60,768 bases of DNA from Parcubacteria group bacterium (GTDB lineage Bacteria; Patescibacteriota; Minisyncoccia; Moranbacterales; UBA2206), in assembly GCA_041661275.1 (NCBI GenBank), contig JBAZUU010000006.1, positions 1 to 60,768 of the forward strand. The letters are read 5' to 3'. How positions within the stretch are numbered: position 1 is the first letter of the stretch; each line of letters opens with the position of its first letter. The notes under the pieces were generated by a model. It saw only the letters and a program-made list of their open reading frames with translations, was not told the origin of the DNA and searched no databases. A program made the translations under genes and the position numbers. Positions 37,765 through 48,606 of this stretch are shown here, in pieces.

Positions 37765-38424
37765 ATGGATAATAATATCAATCAAAATATGATAGAAAAT
37801 AATAATGACGCGCATTCAGGTAAAAGAAGCCTCTTATATCTGGCCGTAGCTGGATTTTTGGTGGCAGGAATTGTCGTTGCTCTATATCTGGTCTTTTCGC
37901 AAAACGAGATCTATGTCGAAAAATCATTGATCGAAGCTACGCCAATCAATCTTTCCTCCCAAAATGGGGGAGTTTTGGAAAGGACAATGGTGAAGGCTGG
38001 TGACAATATTGGGGAAAATACGCCGGTAGCGCTGGTTGGAACGGAAATCGTGAAATCAAAAGAGGCGGGCATTGTGACGGTCGTCAACGAAAATATAGGA
38101 AAAAATTTCGCGCCGTCGGAGGCGGTAGTGACTATGGTTCGTCCGGAAGATTTGCGGGTAGTGGCGAGCATTGAAGAGGACAAAGGACTTTCTGATGTCA
38201 AAGTCGGACAAAAAGCAACTTTTACAGTTGACGCGTTCGGATCAAAAAAATTCCAGGGAATTGTTGATGAGATCAGCCCGACTTCGCGCCAGGGTGATGT
38301 CGTGTTCAATATTTCCACCCAAAGACAACTCAATGAATTTGACGTGAAAATTCGATTCGACCAAAAAGCTTATCCAGAGTTAAAGAATGGAATGTCAGCT
38401 AAATCTTGGATCTATAAAGATTAA
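37765..38424 (+). CDS. HlyD-family secretion protein (short form)
   Basis: It has a TM anchor plus a barrel-sandwich-type sequence, and lies between the adaptor and the MFS pump. Confidence 0.55.
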   Translation: MDNNINQNMIENNNDAHSGKRSLLYLAVAGFLVAGIVVALYLVFSQNEIYVEKSLIEATPINLSSQNGGVLERTMVKAGDNIGENTPVALVGTEIVKSKEAGIVTVVNENIGKNFAPSEAVVTMVRPEDLRVVASIEEDKGLSDVKVGQKATFTVDAFGSKKFQGIVDEISPTSRQGDVVFNISTQRQLNEFDVKIRFDQKAYPELKNGMSAKSWIYKD

Positions 38425-39905
38425 TGAATGAAAAGACTAAGAGTAATCTTCGTTGGTGGATTCTTCTGACCGTCATCATCGGAACTTTTTTAGGCCGTCT
38501 TGATCAAACGATTGTCGGTCTCGCTCTTCCAAAGATAATTGATGAATTTGGCATCACTGTCACGTCCGCCGGGTGGATATCCACTGCCTATATTTTGGCC
38601 AACGCGGTTTTTGTTCCGATCTGGGGAAAATTAGGCGATACCATCGGCCAAAAAAGAGTGTATATTCTCGGTTTCAGCCTTTTTATTGGTGGCTCCATTT
38701 TGGCTGGCGCGGCTTGGAATTTGGGGTCAATGATAGTTTTTCGTGTCATCCAGGCGATTGCCGGATCGGCCGACTACCCGACAGCGATGGCCATTCTCGC
38801 CATCACTTTTCCTGGTGGAAAAGAAAGGGCGCAAGCCATGGGTATCTGGTCTTCCGCTTTTGCCGCGTCTGCTGTTTTTGGCCCGCTCATCGGCGGGCCG
38901 ATCATTGATAATTTCGGCTGGCGCTGGGTTTTTTATATTAACTTGCCGATCGGTGTCATCGGACTTTTGATGGCTCTCATTTTTATCGGCGAAAGTAAAA
39001 AAGAAGAATCTTTTGCCGGTTTTGACTGGTACGGTGCGCTGGCGCTTGGCGCTTCGCTTACTTCCCTGGTTTTAGTGCTCGACAAAGGTTTGGATTGGGG
39101 ATGGCTGTCCGGCTATAGTCTTCTGTGCTATTTAGGGACTATTCTTTTTATGGCTATTTTTATCATGATCGAAAAAAGGCAACTCAACCCGATAGTTGAT
39201 CTCAATTTTTTTAAAAACTCGGTCTTTGTCAGTGTCATAGCCAATAATTTTATAGTCTTCCTTTCTATGATGGGAGCGATTTTCCTTATTCCAATTTTCG
39301 CCCAAATTTATCTGGGACTCGACGCCACGCAAACCGGATATCTTTTTATGCCGATGGCAGGAGCTTTGCTTCTGGCTGCCCCACTTGGTGCCGCTCTCAC
39401 TGGTCGCGTAAAATCAAACTATGTCATTATGGCCAGCACTTTTGTGGCCGCTTTTGGACTTTTTCTTTTCACTTTCCTTGATCCACGTTCCGGGTCTCTT
39501 AATATCATGATTCCGATGGGCATTATGGCTTTTGGAATGGGATTCGGGATGTCGCAAAGAACTAGCATTATTGCTTCCGCCGTACCTATTCAGGAAATAG
39601 GAAGTGCTTCATCTGTTTTAGCTCTGGCCAGAAATATTTCCGGCGCCTTTGGCATCGCTATTTTTGGCACTATTTTGCAGAATGCCACTTATTCATACAT
39701 GTCTCAAACTGTTCAAAACAGTATTTTAAATATTCACACGCCGCAAAATGTCCAAACTTTTGTCGCCCTTATGATTTTGAAATCACAAGTTCTGGCTTAT
39801 GACAGGGTATTCCTCATCGCCTCCATCACTCTTTTCATCGGCGCCATCGGCGCGTATTGGATAAAGGTTAAAGAAGAAGTAAAAGCGGAAGTGTATGTAG
39901 AATAG
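38424..39905 (+). CDS. MFS transporter, DHA2 (EmrB/QacA-like, 14-TM) family
   Basis: It has a GKLGDTIGQKR motif-A-like loop, ~14 hydrophobic segments, and a 1 nt overlap with the upstream gene. Confidence 0.85.
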   Translation: MNEKTKSNLRWWILLTVIIGTFLGRLDQTIVGLALPKIIDEFGITVTSAGWISTAYILANAVFVPIWGKLGDTIGQKRVYILGFSLFIGGSILAGAAWNLGSMIVFRVIQAIAGSADYPTAMAILAITFPGGKERAQAMGIWSSAFAASAVFGPLIGGPIIDNFGWRWVFYINLPIGVIGLLMALIFIGESKKEESFAGFDWYGALALGASLTSLVLVLDKGLDWGWLSGYSLLCYLGTILFMAIFIMIEKRQLNPIVDLNFFKNSVFVSVIANNFIVFLSMMGAIFLIPIFAQIYLGLDATQTGYLFMPMAGALLLAAPLGAALTGRVKSNYVIMASTFVAAFGLFLFTFLDPRSGSLNIMIPMGIMAFGMGFGMSQRTSIIASAVPIQEIGSASSVLALARNISGAFGIAIFGTILQNATYSYMSQTVQNSILNIHTPQNVQTFVALMILKSQVLAYDRVFLIASITLFIGAIGAYWIKVKEEVKAEVYVE

Positions 39906-40063
39906 AAAAAAAGAGTTGTTGAAAAAACAGAAATAGGGCTCATGTCTGCCGGCAGGCAGGCTATTTTTGTTATATTAACTCTATTCTACCGAACAGCATT
40001 TTGTGCTATAATAAAAGTAATAAAAACGGGAATAAAAAACAAAAATAGAAAGGCAGGTGGATT

Positions 40064-40699
40064 ATGAAAAAATTAGTAATTGCGCTAGCTGTCATAATTG
40101 TCATTGGTCTTTTGGGCTTTGCTGCCTACAAAGTGTTTTTGGCGCCGAAAGTGCCACAGGCTTTTATCGACTCGCATAATAAAATTGCCGGATTAGACAA
40201 AGAAGTAGAAGCGCTTTCTGACCCGAAGAATGTGCCTGATTTTGAAAAAATGATAAACGATAAGAATTATAACGGAGCAATCAAGGCAACGGATGACACA
40301 TTGGCGACTGAAAACCAGGCGCTTGAAAAGTTGAAAGCCATCAACAGCGAACTGGCAACACTTAAAAGTTTGTCTGGCGAAGTTACCGATGCAAAGACTA
40401 AGGAAGCGGTCACGAAACGCATCACTCTTGGCGAAAAAGAAAATGCTACCAAAACCAAATATTTTATGATCAGAATTCAGATGCTTGAAAAAATGAAAGA
40501 GATGATAGCGCGTATCAATAAGGATGAGAAATTATTTACTGCTGCTGATGAAAAAGCGGTCAATGACATGTCAAAACAGATAGACGAGATAAAAAGCCAG
40601 GGAGATAAGGCGAAAAGCGATTTGGATGCCGCTCAAGTCCAGTATAAAACAGCGGAAAAAGAGTTTATGGAAGCAACCGGTCTGTCAGTAGCTAATTAG
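40064..40699 (+). CDS. Membrane-anchored coiled-coil protein, hypothetical
   Basis: N-terminal TM helix and K/E-rich helical sequence. Confidence 0.45.
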   Translation: MKKLVIALAVIIVIGLLGFAAYKVFLAPKVPQAFIDSHNKIAGLDKEVEALSDPKNVPDFEKMINDKNYNGAIKATDDTLATENQALEKLKAINSELATLKSLSGEVTDAKTKEAVTKRITLGEKENATKTKYFMIRIQMLEKMKEMIARINKDEKLFTAADEKAVNDMSKQIDEIKSQGDKAKSDLDAAQVQYKTAEKEFMEATGLSVAN

Positions 40700-40744
40700 C
40701 AGCTTAGTTTGTCCGTATTCTTAATAAAAATTAATTACAATAAA

Positions 40745-40960
40745 ATGAAAACAAAAAAAGTTTTAGTTTCCGTGATCTGTCTGGCTTCTTTTCTTTTCAC
40801 TGCCCCTGCTTTTGCGGCAACAGCGAAATATTATACCCCGGCCAGCACTAAAGTGAAAAAGCATATGAGTGCCAAGACGCGGAATAAGATGAAGGAAAAA
40901 TATTGTCTGTATTTAAGCAAGAGCTTCAATATTACAAAGTGTTCTCATATATATAAGTAG
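40745..40960 (+). CDS. Small secreted protein, hypothetical
   Basis: Signal peptide MKTKKVLVSVICLASFLFTAPAFA. Confidence 0.35.
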   Translation: MKTKKVLVSVICLASFLFTAPAFAATAKYYTPASTKVKKHMSAKTRNKMKEKYCLYLSKSFNITKCSHIYK

Positions 40961-41051
40961 AAGGCATAAAATATAACATAAAACGCCTCCAGGGGCGTTT
41001 TTATGTTACATTTGCATTTTTGTAACGGGCGTGTATAATGGGGGTGAAAAA

Positions 41052-42290
41052 ATGACACGCCAAAACAATAAATTTACACGAATTTTTTTAAAGGTCGTTC
41101 GTCAGTATGTGAAATATTATAACGACTGCTCTTTTAAGTTTTATTTTGACGATGTGGAATTGCGGCCGATCGGAAATAGTCCCAAAATAGTCGAAGTAAA
41201 AATAAAAAATGCCGAATCGGTATTCAAGCGGATTTTTATGGAAGGTTCTGTCGGGCTTGGCGAAAGCTATTGCGAAGGCCTTATCCAGGTTGATGACAAA
41301 GATTATAAAGAATTTTTCTTTATTTTCGTCCGTTCGCTTTATAATAAAAAACTTCTTTTCAGACTATCTCCAATCGATCTTTTTCATGTTTTCAATGCTT
41401 ACTTTTTTTATCCTTCCTATGGCCGTGACAACCAAAGCGAAGCGATGAATGGCCATTATAGTTTGAGTGACTGGTTCGCAAATGAAGAAGATTCCAATGA
41501 ATTCTATTTGCAATGGCTTGATTCTCCCTATATCCAATACAGTTGCGGAAAATGGGATGAGGATACAAAAACATTGGAAGAAGCGCAGATAAATAAATTT
41601 GAATTTTATGCCCGCAGGCTGGGCATCGATGAAAATTCCAAAGGAAAAACACTTCTCGATCTGGGTTGCGGCTGGGGCGGACTGATGTTCTATATGGCAG
41701 AAAAATACGGGATAAAATGTAAGGGACTGACACTATCTAAGGCGCAAGCTAAATATGTCCAAGCGCAAATTGAAAAAAGAAACCTCTCGGAACTGGTCAG
41801 TGTGGAGATAAAAAATATCCATGATCTGGAAGGAAAATATGACTACATTGCCAGTGTGGGCGTCATGGAACACGTGGATGATTTTGATGATCTATATAAA
41901 AAAATATCACAAGCGCTCAATAAGAACGGAGCAACTCTCATCCATGCCATGTTTCGCCGCGAGTATTTCCATCGTACCGATGCGTTTTTGTTAAAATATA
42001 TATTTTTTAAGGGTCAATTCCCGTATCTGAAGAATAATTTGAAAATTTTTCGGAAGTATTTTAAATACGTCGACAGAAACGACCTGTCCGAGGTGTCCTA
42101 TCCTAAAACGTTGCAATGCTGGTATGACAAATTTTGCGCTCATGAAACTGAAATCAGAAAATTGTTGAAGGAAAAAGGCCGATGTCAGGATATCGATTTT
42201 GCTATAAGAGTATTTAAACACTATTTAGTGCTTTCTTATTGCGGTTTATATGAAAAAGGATTGGTTTGCAATGTTCTGGCTAGAAATTAA
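41052..42290 (+). CDS. Cyclopropane-fatty-acyl-phospholipid synthase-like SAM-dependent methyltransferase
   Basis: It has the SAM motif LLDLGCGWGG and CFA-synthase-type flanks. The ATG at 41052 follows GGGGTGA. The upstream GTG at 41031 overlaps a TATAAT box. Confidence 0.75.
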   Translation: MTRQNNKFTRIFLKVVRQYVKYYNDCSFKFYFDDVELRPIGNSPKIVEVKIKNAESVFKRIFMEGSVGLGESYCEGLIQVDDKDYKEFFFIFVRSLYNKKLLFRLSPIDLFHVFNAYFFYPSYGRDNQSEAMNGHYSLSDWFANEEDSNEFYLQWLDSPYIQYSCGKWDEDTKTLEEAQINKFEFYARRLGIDENSKGKTLLDLGCGWGGLMFYMAEKYGIKCKGLTLSKAQAKYVQAQIEKRNLSELVSVEIKNIHDLEGKYDYIASVGVMEHVDDFDDLYKKISQALNKNGATLIHAMFRREYFHRTDAFLLKYIFFKGQFPYLKNNLKIFRKYFKYVDRNDLSEVSYPKTLQCWYDKFCAHETEIRKLLKEKGRCQDIDFAIRVFKHYLVLSYCGLYEKGLVCNVLARN

Positions 42291-42378
42291 GGTCTTTTTG
42301 TTAAGATTAATTTTGCTTTTATGTGAATAAAATTTAACCGCTAATTGTAATAAAAAGCAAGGATTAAATAAATCGACT

Positions 42379-42939
42379 ATGGACAAAAAAATCAAAGTTT
42401 TGGGCATTGCTGGCAGTTTGCGATCAGGTTCTTATAATCTGGATACGCTAAGAGTTGCCCAAAAAATGGCTCCTGAGGAAATAGAAATTGAAATTTTTTC
42501 AAGGCTCGGAGAAATCCCGCCTTTCAATCAGGACGAAGAGAATGATCCGGTTGAAGCCGTGCACGAACTAAAAGAAAAAATCAAAGCGGCTGACGCCATT
42601 CTTTTTGTCACTCCGGAATATAATTATTCGGTTCCGGGAGTATTGAAAAATGCCATCGATTGGGCTTCGCGACCATATGGGCAAAATGTTTGGGAAGGAA
42701 AACCGGTAGCGGTTATAGGAGCGTCCATTGGGGCGATAGGAACAGCTCGCGCGCAATATCATCTGCGACAGATTTTCGTGTTTTTGGATATGCACCCGCT
42801 CAACCGTCCGGAAGTGATGATTGGTAACGCCCAAGAAAAATTTGATGAGAAGGGGAATATTATCGATACTCACACGAAAGAAAAGATAGAGGAACTTCTG
42901 GCAGCTCTAGTTTTATGGACAAAAAAGTTTAATAAATAA
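42379..42939 (+). CDS. NADPH-dependent FMN reductase family protein
   Basis: GSLRSGSYN and TPEYNYSVPGVLKNAIDW motifs. Confidence 0.85.
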   Translation: MDKKIKVLGIAGSLRSGSYNLDTLRVAQKMAPEEIEIEIFSRLGEIPPFNQDEENDPVEAVHELKEKIKAADAILFVTPEYNYSVPGVLKNAIDWASRPYGQNVWEGKPVAVIGASIGAIGTARAQYHLRQIFVFLDMHPLNRPEVMIGNAQEKFDEKGNIIDTHTKEKIEELLAALVLWTKKFNK

Positions 42940-42987
42940 CTAGTGGGTGTAAATAATTTTTTCTATTTGGCAGGCTAACTTCTGTTT

Positions 42988-43431
42988 TTAAAAGTAAAAA
43001 AAGGCAGCGGGGGAGCTGCCTCGGAGGAGCAGGAATATTAATAATAGGTTTGATAATACCCTGCTAATGAATACTTCGCACGCGCTTCTTTTTTTGGAGC
43101 TGTGAAAAAAGTCAAGTTGAATGAAATAATCTAAATTTACGCCGTAATAATCACAGAAAAGGTTCCCAAACCCGAAAAAATCAGGAGTGCAATCTAACTT
43201 GCGACAAAGAGAAGTTCCCATTGCCACCAGAGCTAACTCCATTTTTTTCCGGATCTTTGGTTTTCTGGCAACTGTCGGTAGTTCGAGCAAGCCCCTATCT
43301 CTGGTGATTGGCAGCTGCCAGCCAGAATGATATTTTTTGAGGGCATCCAGAAATCCGGAGTTGTCTTCCAGCTTTGGATAATAAATCATTAATATCTCGA
43401 AGCCGTTGCTTTGGTGTGGTCTTCTTCTCAT
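42988..43431 (-). CDS. Hypothetical protein
   Basis: The ATG at 43431 is preceded by AGGAAGGAGGAAAA. No motif recognised. Confidence 0.4.
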   Translation of the reverse strand: MRRRPHQSNGFEILMIYYPKLEDNSGFLDALKKYHSGWQLPITRDRGLLELPTVARKPKIRKKMELALVAMGTSLCRKLDCTPDFFGFGNLFCDYYGVNLDYFIQLDFFHSSKKRSACEVFISRVLSNLLLIFLLLRGSSPAAFFYF

Positions 43432-43592
43432 TTTTCCTCCTTCCTGTATGAAAACAAAGAACATAATACCTCTGGTCATTGCCAAGGAAATTATATGGTA
43501 GCACATTTATCTAGAATTGTCTACCGGAAAATATTTTTCTCCTGACTTGTATAAATTATTGTGCTAGACTATATAGGAATGAGAAATAATTT

Positions 43593-44384
43593 ATGAACAT
43601 CATTGAAGTCAAAAATCTAACCAAGAAATTTGACGATATTACTGCCGTAAATGGCATTTCTTTTGACGTAAAAAAAGGAGAGATCTTTGCTTTTCTTGGG
43701 CCAAATGGAGCAGGGAAGTCCACGACCATAAAAATGCTCATTACGCTTCTTGATCCGACTGCCGGGAGCATCATGGTTAATGGTTATAATCCGGAAAAAG
43801 ATTCCAATGATGTCCGCCGGTCTATTGGTATTATTTTCCAGGATCCAAGCCTGGATGACGAGCTGACCGCTTGGGAAAATTTGGAATTTCACGGTGTCCT
43901 CTACGGTGTCCCCAAAAAGATTAGACGTGAGAGAATTGAGCAGTTACTGAGTTTTGTGGAGTTGACTGATCGCCGAGATGATCTTGTCAAAGAGTTCTCC
44001 GGCGGAATGAAAAGAAGATTGGAAATAGCAAGAGGTCTTCTTCATCACCCAAAAATATTATTCTTGGACGAACCGACGCTCGGTCTTGATCCGCAAACAA
44101 GAAATCATATGTGGAGTTATTTGCAAGATCTCAACAGCAAAGAAGGTACAACTATCTTTTTTACTACGCACTATATGGAAGAGGCGGAAAAGATTGCGAG
44201 GCGCATTGCTATCATTGATCATGGAAAAATAATTTCATCTGGCTCATCCGAAGAACTAAAAAAAGAAACTAATTCCGCCAGTCTGGAGGAAGCGTTTTTG
44301 GCTCTTACCGGAAAAACTATCCGGGATGAAGCGGCTGGTCCGCAAGATCAAATGCGGATGAGAAGGCAAGCGTGGCGAAGGTAA
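43593..44384 (+). CDS. ABC transporter ATP-binding protein (ABC-2 / DrrA-like)
   Basis: Walker A GPNGAGKST, signature FSGGMKRRL, Walker B LFLDEP. Confidence 0.9.
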   Translation: MNIIEVKNLTKKFDDITAVNGISFDVKKGEIFAFLGPNGAGKSTTIKMLITLLDPTAGSIMVNGYNPEKDSNDVRRSIGIIFQDPSLDDELTAWENLEFHGVLYGVPKKIRRERIEQLLSFVELTDRRDDLVKEFSGGMKRRLEIARGLLHHPKILFLDEPTLGLDPQTRNHMWSYLQDLNSKEGTTIFFTTHYMEEAEKIARRIAIIDHGKIISSGSSEELKKETNSASLEEAFLALTGKTIRDEAAGPQDQMRMRRQAWRR

Positions 44385-44397
44385 CTTTTTTGGATTT

Positions 44398-45150
44398 ATG
44401 CATATGAATACAATATATATACTCTGGCTCCGACAACTCAAAAGATATTTCCGTTCCCGTTCCCGGATGATCGGTTCTTTGGGCCAACCCATTTTGTTTT
44501 TGCTGGCTCTGGGATATGGCTTCGGTCCGGTTTTTCAAAAGGCCGGGCAGGGGAACTATCTGGAATTTCTGGCGCCGGGAGTGATCGGTATGAGCATAAT
44601 TTTCACGGCTATTTTTTCCGGCATAGAAATTATTTGGGACCGGCAATTCGGATTTTTGAAAGAAACCCTGGTGGCGCCGGTGTCCCGGCTCAATATTATG
44701 ATCGGCCGGACTATTGGCGGAGCGACGGTGGCGACCGGGCAGGGAGTGATCGTTTTTTTCATCGCTATGATTGCCGGATTCAGGCCGGTTAATTATTATA
44801 TGATACCCATGGCCTTTCTTGTCATGGCTCTCATTGCCCTCCTTTTTACCGCTCTTGGAACAGCTATCGCTTCACGCCTGGAAGATTTCCAGGGATTTCA
44901 ACTCATTATGAACTTTTTGGTGATGCCGCTTTTTTTCCTTTCCGGCGCCCTTTTTCCGCTGACCGGACTTCCTAAGGCGATCGCCATTATTACCAGGATT
45001 GATCCGCTGACTTATGGCATTGACGCACTTCGCGGTTTTCTCATCAGCGTTTCCTATTATAGTATGACTTTTGATATCATCATTCTTTCAGCACTTACCG
45101 CGCTTTTTCTTCTTGTCGGCAGCTATCTTTTTTCTAAAATCCAGATCTAG
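44398..45150 (+). CDS. ABC-2 type transporter permease
   Basis: It is a six-TM protein directly downstream of the ATPase. Confidence 0.8.
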   Translation: MHMNTIYILWLRQLKRYFRSRSRMIGSLGQPILFLLALGYGFGPVFQKAGQGNYLEFLAPGVIGMSIIFTAIFSGIEIIWDRQFGFLKETLVAPVSRLNIMIGRTIGGATVATGQGVIVFFIAMIAGFRPVNYYMIPMAFLVMALIALLFTALGTAIASRLEDFQGFQLIMNFLVMPLFFLSGALFPLTGLPKAIAIITRIDPLTYGIDALRGFLISVSYYSMTFDIIILSALTALFLLVGSYLFSKIQI

Positions 45151-45164
45151 CTTAGTATTGAAAA

Positions 45165-45734
45165 ATGCCCATTGAAATTTCAGATAAAAAATTGATTGAA
45201 GAATTTTTAGCCGGGGATGACGCGAGTTTTTCGGTATTGCTCCAAAGATATCTAAAACCGGTATATAATTTTGTCTATCAGTTGACAGGGGACAGATCAG
45301 CCGTTGATGATATAACCCAGGAGACTTTTATCAAGGCTTGGAAAAATATCAAAAAATTTGATTGCGATAGAAATTTTAAAACCTGGATTTTTACCATCGC
45401 CAAGAATACCGCCTACGACCATAATAAAAAGAAAAAGACGATCCCCTTTTCCCGATTTATGAATGAGGAGGGGAATAGCATACTTTCCGAAATAGAAGAA
45501 GACAAAATTTTACCCGACGAAATTCTCCACCGGGCGGATCTGGCGCAAGAGCTTGAAGAAAAGCTGGAACAAATCCCCGTCCCCTATAAAATAATTTTAA
45601 CTTTACATTACAAAGAAGACTTGAGCTTTCAGGAAATTTCTCAAATTTTGGGGAAGCCATATAACACCATCAAAAGCCAGCACACCCGGGCGCTCAAAGC
45701 CTTGAGAAATGTTTTGGTTGACAAGCGCGTCTAA
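45165..45734 (+). CDS. ECF-type RNA polymerase sigma-70 factor
   Basis: It has region 2 (DDITQETFIKAW) and region 4 (LSFQEISQILGKPYNTIKSQHTRAL). Confidence 0.85.
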   Translation: MPIEISDKKLIEEFLAGDDASFSVLLQRYLKPVYNFVYQLTGDRSAVDDITQETFIKAWKNIKKFDCDRNFKTWIFTIAKNTAYDHNKKKKTIPFSRFMNEEGNSILSEIEEDKILPDEILHRADLAQELEEKLEQIPVPYKIILTLHYKEDLSFQEISQILGKPYNTIKSQHTRALKALRNVLVDKRV

Positions 45735-46180
45735 TGCGGGTTTTATCTCGTATAAATAGCATGAACAGGTTAAATCAAGCATTTAAATCCATAAAATCCA
45801 TAGAACCGCCAGTCATACTCCAAGCGGCGATTTTGTGCAATATAAAAAAGGCTAAAGCCAGGCAGATAAGGCAAGAATTAGTGTTTTCCGAAGTGGGTCT
45901 AATCAGCTCAATTCTGGCTATTTTTTATACCTTTTTTGCCTTCGGCCAGACTCTTTTGAAATCGGAATTTTGGAATATGATGTCCCTGTCTTTTACCGAT
46001 GCCGGGGTAGTTCTGGCTAATTGGCATGATTATCTTTATTCTATGATGGAAACTTTTCCGGTTCTAACGCTGGCTATTATTTTGTTGCCGATTTTTGTTT
46101 TGCTTGTGTCTGTTAGCTCCTATCTTAATTTAAGTAATAAAAATAATTTTAAGCATACCCATCCCGGAGTGTGCGCCTAA
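45734..46180 (+). CDS. Putative membrane anti-sigma factor
   Basis: It overlaps the sigma gene stop and has TM helices. The call rests on position only. Confidence 0.4.
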   Translation: MRVLSRINSMNRLNQAFKSIKSIEPPVILQAAILCNIKKAKARQIRQELVFSEVGLISSILAIFYTFFAFGQTLLKSEFWNMMSLSFTDAGVVLANWHDYLYSMMETFPVLTLAIILLPIFVLLVSVSSYLNLSNKNNFKHTHPGVCA

Positions 46181-46190
46181 TCTTAAATAT

Positions 46191-46676
46191 ATGAACGAAC
46201 TAATCAGATCCAAAAAATTCAAGATTGCCTCAATGATTATCGGGGGAGTAATCATTGTCCTTCTGATTTTCGCCGCCGGAGTGTCAGTCGGAATCCATAA
46301 GGCCAGATTTTCCTATAAATTCGGAGAAAATTATGAGCGGAATTTTATGGGGCCGGAGCGAGGGATGATGAGGGGTCCTTCCGATTTTATCCGCGGTATG
46401 GAAGGACGCGATTTTCGCAATGCCTATGGAATTGCCGGTAGTATCGTTTCTATCGCGGATAATAATATTGTCGTGAAAGACCGGGATAATAAAGAAAATA
46501 CCATAACGGTCAGCGACAAAACCATCATCAAACGCGGAAGAGATGATATAAAAATAACCGATCTTAAAAATGATGATCGTGTCGTTGTTATGGGAAAACC
46601 TGGCGATAATGGCACCATAAATGCTGATCTTATCAGAGTCTTTGATAATAATAATTCACCAGACGGACAAAACTAA
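46191..46676 (+). CDS. Membrane-anchored hypothetical protein
   Basis: It has an N-terminal TM helix. Its C-terminal beta-rich segment resembles that of 50511-50975. Confidence 0.45.
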   Translation: MNELIRSKKFKIASMIIGGVIIVLLIFAAGVSVGIHKARFSYKFGENYERNFMGPERGMMRGPSDFIRGMEGRDFRNAYGIAGSIVSIADNNIVVKDRDNKENTITVSDKTIIKRGRDDIKITDLKNDDRVVVMGKPGDNGTINADLIRVFDNNNSPDGQN

Positions 46677-46677
46677 T

Positions 46678-47883
46678 ATGAAAAAAATACCGGAAATAGC
46701 TAAAAATAAAAAGTATATAGCTGTTCTAATTTTAATACTAATAATCGGGGGATATTATTGGTATTCAAAAAGCAAATCAAAAACCGGCCAGACGCAATAT
46801 GTGACAACAGTGGCAGAAAAGGGAACTCTTACCACTTTTGTTAGCGCGTCAGGGAGTGTTATCGTAGATCAAAGCTCAAACATTGATCCGACAATCACCG
46901 GGACAGTGGCCAATCTCGCGGTTAGTATTGGCGATAAGGTGACGAAAGGGCAGTTGCTTTTTAATATCGTCAATAATGACTTGAGCGTCAGCGTGGCCAA
47001 AGCCAAGTCTTCCCTGGAGTCATCTGCCAACTCAATTGAGTCAGCCAGGGTGCAGGTAAAATCCGCCAAGGCTGATCATGCTGATGCTGAAAAATCAGGC
47101 TCGGGAGTATCTACTGCCGGAAAAGCGGTACTCAAAAGAAAAGTTGACTTAGCCGAGGATGGTGTGACGGCGGCTGAAAAAAGTTATCAGGCGACTTTGG
47201 CGGATTATAATAATACTTTGTCCGATGCTGCCAAGAGGAATGTGACTTCTCCGATTGACGGGACAGTCAACTCTATAAACGTAAAAAACGGCGATGACTT
47301 GAGCAAACTTTCTTCCGGCAGTTCCCGCACGGTGCCGATAATCATCGGGGACTTAAGCACCCAAAAAGCCCAGGTACAGGTCAATGAAGTGGATATTTCC
47401 AACGTCCAAATAGGCCAAAAAGCCACACTGACATTTGATGCCCTTCCTGATTTTACAGCCACTGGAAAAGTGGAAAAGATGGATTCTCTTGGGACAACCA
47501 CGCAGGGCGTAGTGACTTACAATGTGACGATTGCTTTTGATTCACTTGATCCCAGAATAAAACCGGATATGAGTGTGACAGCAGACATAATCACCACTGT
47601 CAAACAAAATGTTATTATTGTTCCCAACAGCGCGGTGAAAACGCAAGGCGGAAGCAGCTATGTCGAGGTATTAAACAGCGGAAATACGCCTACTCAAGTT
47701 AATGTTCAAACGGGAACTTCTAATAATACCGACACCGAGATAACGAGCGGACTGAATGTTGGAGATAAAGTCGTGACGCAGACTGTCAATCCAACTGCGA
47801 CTACCGGTGCTACCACATCATCTTCCAGAAATTCCGGCGGCGGCAACGTAAGGATTCCGGGAGTCGGAGGATTTGGACGTTAA
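46678..47883 (+). CDS. MacA-like periplasmic adaptor (HlyD family)
   Basis: It has an N-terminal anchor plus lipoyl, hairpin and barrel segments, and lies upstream of a MacB-type ATPase and permease. The ATG at 46678 is preferred over 46621. Confidence 0.75.
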   Translation: MKKIPEIAKNKKYIAVLILILIIGGYYWYSKSKSKTGQTQYVTTVAEKGTLTTFVSASGSVIVDQSSNIDPTITGTVANLAVSIGDKVTKGQLLFNIVNNDLSVSVAKAKSSLESSANSIESARVQVKSAKADHADAEKSGSGVSTAGKAVLKRKVDLAEDGVTAAEKSYQATLADYNNTLSDAAKRNVTSPIDGTVNSINVKNGDDLSKLSSGSSRTVPIIIGDLSTQKAQVQVNEVDISNVQIGQKATLTFDALPDFTATGKVEKMDSLGTTTQGVVTYNVTIAFDSLDPRIKPDMSVTADIITTVKQNVIIVPNSAVKTQGGSSYVEVLNSGNTPTQVNVQTGTSNNTDTEITSGLNVGDKVVTQTVNPTATTGATTSSSRNSGGGNVRIPGVGGFGR

Positions 47884-47904
47884 TCTAAATTATCAGATTG
47901 CCAA

Positions 47905-48606
47905 ATGATCAATTGCAAAAATCTTACTAAAATATATCATAATGGCGACGTGGAAACGGTGGCTCTTAATGATGTTTCCTTTCAGATTGAAAAAGGTGAA
48001 TTTGTTTCCATCATCGGCCCGAGTGGCTCGGGAAAATCAACACTGATGCATATCCTTGGCGCGTTGGACACCCCGACTTCCGGTCAATATCATCTTGACG
48101 GAAAAGAAGTTTCGCGCCTCAATGATGATGAACTTTCAGACCTGCGAAAAAATAAGATCGGTTTTGTTTTCCAGTCATTTAATTTGCTTCCCAGAACAAC
48201 AGTCCTTAGAAATGTCATGCTTCCTCTTCTTTATACAGATAGTACCGGCGAAGAGCGAGAAAAACGGGCCCGGGAAAGCTTGAAATATGCTGGAATGGAA
48301 GAAAATAAATTTATGAATCTTTCCAACCAACTCTCCGGCGGACAGATGCAGAGAGTGGCTATTGCCCGATCGCTCATAAATAATCCCTCCATAATCCTGG
48401 CTGACGAACCGACCGGAAATCTTGATACCAAAACCAGCCACTTGGTTATGAAAGCTTTTCAGGAACTTAATGACAAGGGACATACTATTATTCTCATAAC
48501 CCACGAAATGGATGTGGCTGATTATGCCAACCGGATAATCCATATTCGAGACGGAAATATTGAAAAAGATGCGCCTAACAAACCCAATGATCACATAATT
48601 GCTTAA
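47905..48606 (+). CDS. MacB/LolD-type ABC transporter ATP-binding protein
   Basis: [24 protein letters not shown] and [11 protein letters not shown] motifs. Confidence 0.9.
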   Translation: MINCKNLTKIYHNGDVETVALNDVSFQIEKGEFVSIIGPSGSGKSTLMHILGALDTPTSGQYHLDGKEVSRLNDDELSDLRKNKIGFVFQSFNLLPRTTVLRNVMLPLLYTDSTGEEREKRARESLKYAGMEENKFMNLSNQLSGGQMQRVAIARSLINNPSIILADEPTGNLDTKTSHLVMKAFQELNDKGHTIILITHEMDVADYANRIIHIRDGNIEKDAPNKPNDHIIA